Origin: Breznakia blatticola | GTDB taxonomy: Bacteria > Bacillota_I > Bacilli_A > Erysipelotrichales > Erysipelotrichaceae | Length of the DNA: 27,218 bases | Assembly (NCBI RefSeq): GCF_004365815.1 | Contig: NZ_SODD01000035.1 | Location: 1 to 27,218, forward strand | Direction of reading: 5' to 3' | In this document: in pieces, positions 23,168 through 27,218 of the stretch | How positions within the stretch are numbered: position 1 is the stretch's first letter | How the letters are laid out: every line of letters begins with the position of its first letter | Translations under genes and position numbers: made by a program | The notes under the pieces: generated by a model | The model's input: the letters and a program-made list of their open reading frames with translations, nothing else | Database searches by the model: none | Told to the model about the DNA's origin: nothing

Positions 23168-24526
23168 ATGAGTAGAGTAAAGGATATGACAAGTGGTAGT
23201 CCACTGCGACTAATGGTATTGTTTGCCATACCACTAATATTAGGGAATTTGGGTCAACAATTATATATGATTGTGGATACGATTATTGTTGGCCAAGGAG
23301 TTGGTGTTGAAGCACTTGCTTCATTAGGTGCTACAGATTGGACGTATTGGTTGTTTTTGTGGATAGTACAAGCGATTACACAGGGATGTTCCATTCGTGT
23401 AACGCAGGATTTTGGTTCAAAAGATTATAGTCAACTTCGTAAATCGATTACGATGTCGATTCGTATTTGTATATTTGTTACATTGATTGTAACAGTTGTA
23501 GGGTTGATATCAGGAAAACGATTATTGATTTTACTGCAAACACCTGAAAACTTAATGCAAGGTGCACTTACGTACTTCTATATTATGCTTGGTGGAATCG
23601 TAATCAGTGTATGTTATAACATGAGTGCAGCAATTCTTCGTTCGTTTGGTGATGGAAAAACACCGTTGTTGGCGATGGGGATTGCAGCAATTGTGAATAT
23701 TTTATTAGACTTATTATTTGTTATGGTGTTTCACTGGGGAATTGCAGGGGCTGCAATTGCAACACTAATTGCCCAAGCACTATCTTTCATCTATTGTTTG
23801 CATGTTTTACGAAAATTGGATTTCTTACAGTTTGATAAAACTGATTGGATTGTAGATAACAAACGAATTCAAGAACTTGTGAAATTAGGAGCACCACTGA
23901 TGTTTCAAAATATGGTTATTGCAGGAGGCGGAATGGTTTTACAATCTGTCATCAATAAATATGGAATTATATTTGTTGCTGGATTTACCGCAACCAACAA
24001 ACTCTATGGTTTACTTGAAACATCGGCAATAAGTTTTGGTTATGCGACGACAACATACACTGCGCAAAACTGGGGTGCTAAGAAAATTAAACGGATTGTA
24101 GATGGATTACGAACATCGACAGTTTTATCACTTGTGCTTTCTGTAGTAGTTGGAGTATTTTTGATTGTTGTTGGTCGTCAATTATTAACGCTGTTTATTG
24201 CGAGTGAAAGTTATGCAGATCAAGTGTTAGATGTTGCGTATAAATATCTGTTTATTATGTCGTTATTTTTACCAGCACTGTATTTACTATATACATACCG
24301 TTGTACATTACAAGGGTTAGGAAATACAGTAGCGCCGATGATTTCTGGATTTATTGAGTTTTTCATGCGGGTGATTAGTGCGCTTGTATTTCCATTAGTA
24401 ATTGGAAGTACTGGTATATTTTATGCAGAGGTCACTGCTTGGGTTGGTGCAATGATTTACTTGATGATTAGTTGCTTGTCAAATGTAAAGCGAATTCAAG
24501 AAACCGTAGTTGAAAACGAATCATAA
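23168..24526 (+). CDS. MATE-family efflux transporter
   Basis: Start at ATG 23168 (GGGGGA SD). MSRVKDMTSGSPLRLMVLFAIPLILGNLGQQLYMIVDTIIVGQ..., about 12 TM. Confidence 0.85.
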   Translation: MSRVKDMTSGSPLRLMVLFAIPLILGNLGQQLYMIVDTIIVGQGVGVEALASLGATDWTYWLFLWIVQAITQGCSIRVTQDFGSKDYSQLRKSITMSIRICIFVTLIVTVVGLISGKRLLILLQTPENLMQGALTYFYIMLGGIVISVCYNMSAAILRSFGDGKTPLLAMGIAAIVNILLDLLFVMVFHWGIAGAAIATLIAQALSFIYCLHVLRKLDFLQFDKTDWIVDNKRIQELVKLGAPLMFQNMVIAGGGMVLQSVINKYGIIFVAGFTATNKLYGLLETSAISFGYATTTYTAQNWGAKKIKRIVDGLRTSTVLSLVLSVVVGVFLIVVGRQLLTLFIASESYADQVLDVAYKYLFIMSLFLPALYLLYTYRCTLQGLGNTVAPMISGFIEFFMRVISALVFPLVIGSTGIFYAEVTAWVGAMIYLMISCLSNVKRIQETVVENES

Positions 24527-24534
24527 ATGATGCA

Positions 24535-24573
24535 AAGAATTCTGTAATCGATTGAGAAAACAGAATTTTTTTA
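24535..24573 (+). terminator. Intrinsic terminator of the MATE gene
   Basis: AATTCTGT-(14-nt loop)-ACAGAATT followed by TTTTT. Confidence 0.65.
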
Positions 24574-24614
24574 AATGAATAAGTGTATCTATTTCTTTCA
24601 GTGATTTTAAATTG

Positions 24615-24623
24615 TGATATAAT
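24615..24623 (+). promoter_or_regulatory. Extended -10 element (TGaTATAAT) directly upstream of ybeY
   Basis: TGATATAAT at 24615-24623. Only 6 nt (atccac) separate it from the ybeY ATG at 24630, and there is no SD. Confidence 0.45.
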
Positions 24624-24629
24624 ATCCAC

Positions 24630-25079
24630 ATGAGTGTACATATAGAAAATCAATATGATTTCACTTTCGAATTTGAAAAAGAATTTGATGAAATCTACAA
24701 AAAAACAAAAGAAGTGATTCACAAACCTGAACACTATGTCGTTAGTGTAATTTTTGTGGATGATAAACAGATACATGAAATTAATCAATCGTATCGAAAT
24801 ATTGATCGACCAACGGATGTGATTAGTTTTGCCTTACTTGATGATCCTGACTTTTTACTTCCAGAAATGGATGAAATAGAATTAGGGGATATTTTTATTA
24901 GTATTGATACTTGTAAAAGACAAGCAGTTGAATACGGACATAGTTTTAAACGTGAACTTTGTTTTCTGTTTACGCATGGATTATTGCATTTGTTTGGCTA
25001 TGATCATATGAATGAAGAAGATGAAACAAAGATGTTTACATTACAACGGGAGATTCTTGATGAAATTGTGGATAAATAA
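24630..25079 (+). CDS. ybeY: rRNA maturation endoribonuclease YbeY
   Basis: Motifs PTDVISFAL and HGLLHLFGYDH (zinc-binding H-x-x-x-H-x-x-x-x-x-H). Confidence 0.9.
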   Translation: MSVHIENQYDFTFEFEKEFDEIYKKTKEVIHKPEHYVVSVIFVDDKQIHEINQSYRNIDRPTDVISFALLDDPDFLLPEMDEIELGDIFISIDTCKRQAVEYGHSFKRELCFLFTHGLLHLFGYDHMNEEDETKMFTLQREILDEIVDK

Positions 25080-25401
25080 GTTTAAGAATGCCTTTCGCGG
25101 ATTTGGCTTGCTTATTAGTGACTTTAGTGTAAGAATTCAGTTGGTGTTGTTACTAGTTGCATCTGTTTTTTTTATGATGTTAGGACTAGAAACGTATGAA
25201 TGGATTGCTGTTGTGATTTGCTTTGCTTTAGTGATTGTGGCAGAAATGATGAATACGGTGATTGAAAAAACATTAGATTACATACAACCTAACCAAGATC
25301 CAAAAATCCGTAATTTAAAAGATATGGGTGCAGGATTTGTATGGATGGCTTGTATGTTTGCGATTATTGTCGCATGTATTATTATTGGAGGAAAAATTTA
25401 A
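25060..25401 (+). CDS. dgkA: Diacylglycerol/undecaprenol kinase (DgkA family)
   Basis: Start chosen at ATG 25060 (MKLWINKFKNAFRGFG...), overlapping the ybeY end by 20 nt. Three TM and the EMMNTVIE motif. Confidence 0.8.
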   Translation: MKLWINKFKNAFRGFGLLISDFSVRIQLVLLLVASVFFMMLGLETYEWIAVVICFALVIVAEMMNTVIEKTLDYIQPNQDPKIRNLKDMGAGFVWMACMFAIIVACIIIGGKI

Positions 25402-25788
25402 ATGGAAAAGATTATTGAACAAACTAGAGAATATTTGAAAAATGCATACGTACCATATTCGAATTTTAGAGTAGCTGCTTGTGTGCAAACAAAAGATCAA
25501 TTATACTTTGGTGCAAATATTGAAAATGCGAGTTATGGATTAAGTAACTGTGGAGAACGCAGTGCGCTATTTTATGCATATTCTCATGGAGTTCGTAAAG
25601 AAGATATTCAAGCAATTTATGTTGTAACTACAGCAGATGTAATTACAACACCATGTGGAGCATGTCGTCAAGTTATGGCGGAGTTAATGCCACGCGATGC
25701 AAAAGTGATTCTTGCTAATGATGATGAAATTCAAACATACACAGTGGAAGGCTTACTTCCTCATGCTTTTGATGCGGAGAGTATGTAA
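25402..25788 (+). CDS. cdd: Cytidine deaminase
   Basis: Zinc motifs CGERSA and PCGACRQVMAE; 128 aa; GGAGG SD. Confidence 0.9.
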   Translation: MEKIIEQTREYLKNAYVPYSNFRVAACVQTKDQLYFGANIENASYGLSNCGERSALFYAYSHGVRKEDIQAIYVVTTADVITTPCGACRQVMAELMPRDAKVILANDDEIQTYTVEGLLPHAFDAESM

Positions 25789-26681
25789 TGAGTTTTAAAA
25801 GCGGGTTTGTAGCGATTATTGGACGTCCAAATTCTGGAAAAAGTACATTGTTAAATGCACTGATGCAAACTAAATTAGCGATTGTTTCTGATAAGCCGCA
25901 AACAACAAGGAATAATATACTTGGTATTTTAAATACAGATACTTATCAAGCGGTATTTGTGGATACACCAGGAGTACATAAACCAAAAACAGCACTTGGT
26001 CGTTCGATGAATAAAGGTGTCTATTCTTCTATGCAAGATGCAGATGTTATGTACTTAGTTGTCGATGTGACAAAACCATATGGTACAGGTGATGAATTTT
26101 TATTAGAAAGAATTAAGAATACACATGCTAAAGTATATCTTGTGTTAAATAAAGTGGATTTAGTTTCACGCGAACAACTAATTGAAACACATGTGACTTG
26201 GGCGAGTAAATTCGACTTCAAAGAAGTGATTCCCATTAGTGCAAAAAATAGCGATAACATTGATGAATTACTAAATGTGACAATTGCTGATCTACCAGAA
26301 GGTGTACAATTCTATCCAACGGATATGGTTAGTGATCGCTCAGATGATTTTCGAATCAAAGAAATCATTCGTGAAAAAGTGTTATTTTATACACGTGAAG
26401 AAATTCCTCATGGAGTTGCGGTTGTTATTGAAAATAAAGAAGAAGAGGATGGCGTATTATACTTACAAGCTTTGATTATAGTCGAACGAAAAAGTCAAAA
26501 GGGAATCCTTATTGGGAAACAAGGAAGTATGATTAAAAACATTCGTTTAGCTGCACAAAGAGAACTCAAGCAATTACTTGGCAAAAAAGTAACACTCGAG
26601 CTATATGTACGAATTGAAGAAAACTGGCGCAATAAGGAAAGCAAACTAAACGAACTAGGATATAAGGAGTACGATGAATAA
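25788..26681 (+). CDS. era: GTPase Era
   Basis: G1 GRPNSGKST, G3 DTPG, G4 NKVD, C-terminal KH domain (GILIGKQGSMIK). Confidence 0.95.
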   Translation: MSFKSGFVAIIGRPNSGKSTLLNALMQTKLAIVSDKPQTTRNNILGILNTDTYQAVFVDTPGVHKPKTALGRSMNKGVYSSMQDADVMYLVVDVTKPYGTGDEFLLERIKNTHAKVYLVLNKVDLVSREQLIETHVTWASKFDFKEVIPISAKNSDNIDELLNVTIADLPEGVQFYPTDMVSDRSDDFRIKEIIREKVLFYTREEIPHGVAVVIENKEEEDGVLYLQALIIVERKSQKGILIGKQGSMIKNIRLAAQRELKQLLGKKVTLELYVRIEENWRNKESKLNELGYKEYDE

Positions 26682-27218
26682 TACTTGTATTGGTATTATC
26701 TTAAATAATCGAGACTATAAAGACAATGATGCGTTAGTCGATGTGCTTACACAAGAGTACGGGAAAATTACATTTGTAGCCCGTGGTGTAAGAAAGCACA
26801 ACTCGAAAAATGCAACACCATGTTCCATTCTTAGAATTTCGCGATTTTATTTTGATTACAAGGAAACAAGAGGCTTACAAAATCTAAAGATTGCAGAACC
26901 GGTGAAAAATTTCTTTCATATTCAAGGAGATCTAGAAAAACAAGCCATTGGTTGTTTAATTCTAGAACTTATGGATGCTTTACAGTTAGATGATGAACCT
27001 GCTTATACATTGTTGGAGAATACCTTACAGTATTTGGATTCAACAAAAAATCCATACCTTGTTTTGGGGTTATATCTTGCTGAACTTTGTCGTTTTATTG
27101 GGATTGAACCATTTGTTGATGGCTGTGTAAACTGCCAAAGTGAGCATCAAATTGTTGCAGTTAGTGTTAGTGATGGAGGATTTGTTTGTGCAAATTGTTA
27201 CAATCCTAGCAAACACAT
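26674..27218 (+). CDS. recO: DNA repair protein RecO (partial, runs off window)
   Basis: ATG 26674 overlaps the era stop. MNNTCIGIILNNRDYKDNDALVDVLTQEYGKITFVARGVRK...; zinc finger CVNC...CANC near the window end. Absent from the ORF track because no stop is reached. Confidence 0.85.
   Translation, partial: MNNTCIGIILNNRDYKDNDALVDVLTQEYGKITFVARGVRKHNSKNATPCSILRISRFYFDYKETRGLQNLKIAEPVKNFFHIQGDLEKQAIGCLILELMDALQLDDEPAYTLLENTLQYLDSTKNPYLVLGLYLAELCRFIGIEPFVDGCVNCQSEHQIVAVSVSDGGFVCANCYNPSKH

Noticed and set aside
22816-23234. Minus-strand ORFs 22816..23079 and 22953..23234 spanning the obg 3' end, its terminator and the MATE promoter
   Set aside because: They cross a strong terminator hairpin and a promoter region, and they have neither an SD nor any recognisable motif.
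24468-24788. Minus-strand 106-aa ORF across the MATE terminator and the ybeY start
   Set aside because: It is antisense to two confident genes and a terminator, and its Phe/Ile/Lys-rich translation is typical of AT-rich noise.

Overview
AT-rich Bacillota-type chromosomal segment; the L27 gene with a Prp-cleavable N-extension and the ybeY-dgkA-cdd-era-recO block are typical of that phylum. Conserved housekeeping genes frame the window: gpmA (minus strand), dnaE and a flavodoxin-like gene on the left, and rplU-prp-rpmA-obg, a MATE exporter and ybeY-dgkA-cdd-era-recO(partial) on the right. Between them, about 5.2-20.6 kb holds envelope-directed accessory modules. (1) A secreted small peptide, a DUF1430/FtsX-type permease and an ABC ATPase, arranged like a lactococcin-972 operon but with a peptide that does not look like Lcn972. 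(2) A minus-strand lipoprotein with seven propeller-like repeats. (3) A serine DD-carboxypeptidase plus a VanR/VanS-like two-component system; both promoters carry a CTTTAGAA direct repeat ending exactly 30 nt before the -10 hexamer. (4) A run of YoaK/DUF1275, Nudix, an Imm33/DUF2185-like protein, an HscC-type Hsp70 and a membrane-spanning J-protein whose motif reads HPE, not HPD. (5) An ECF sigma and membrane anti-sigma pair. The left edge (1-686, minus strand) looks like the 5' part of a group II intron inserted directly after the gpmA terminator and cut by the window edge. I saw no rRNA, tRNA or CRISPR array. All calls come from reading the sequence and ORF translations by eye; no database search was run. 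Family names rest on recalled motifs and should be confirmed by HMM or Rfam searches.
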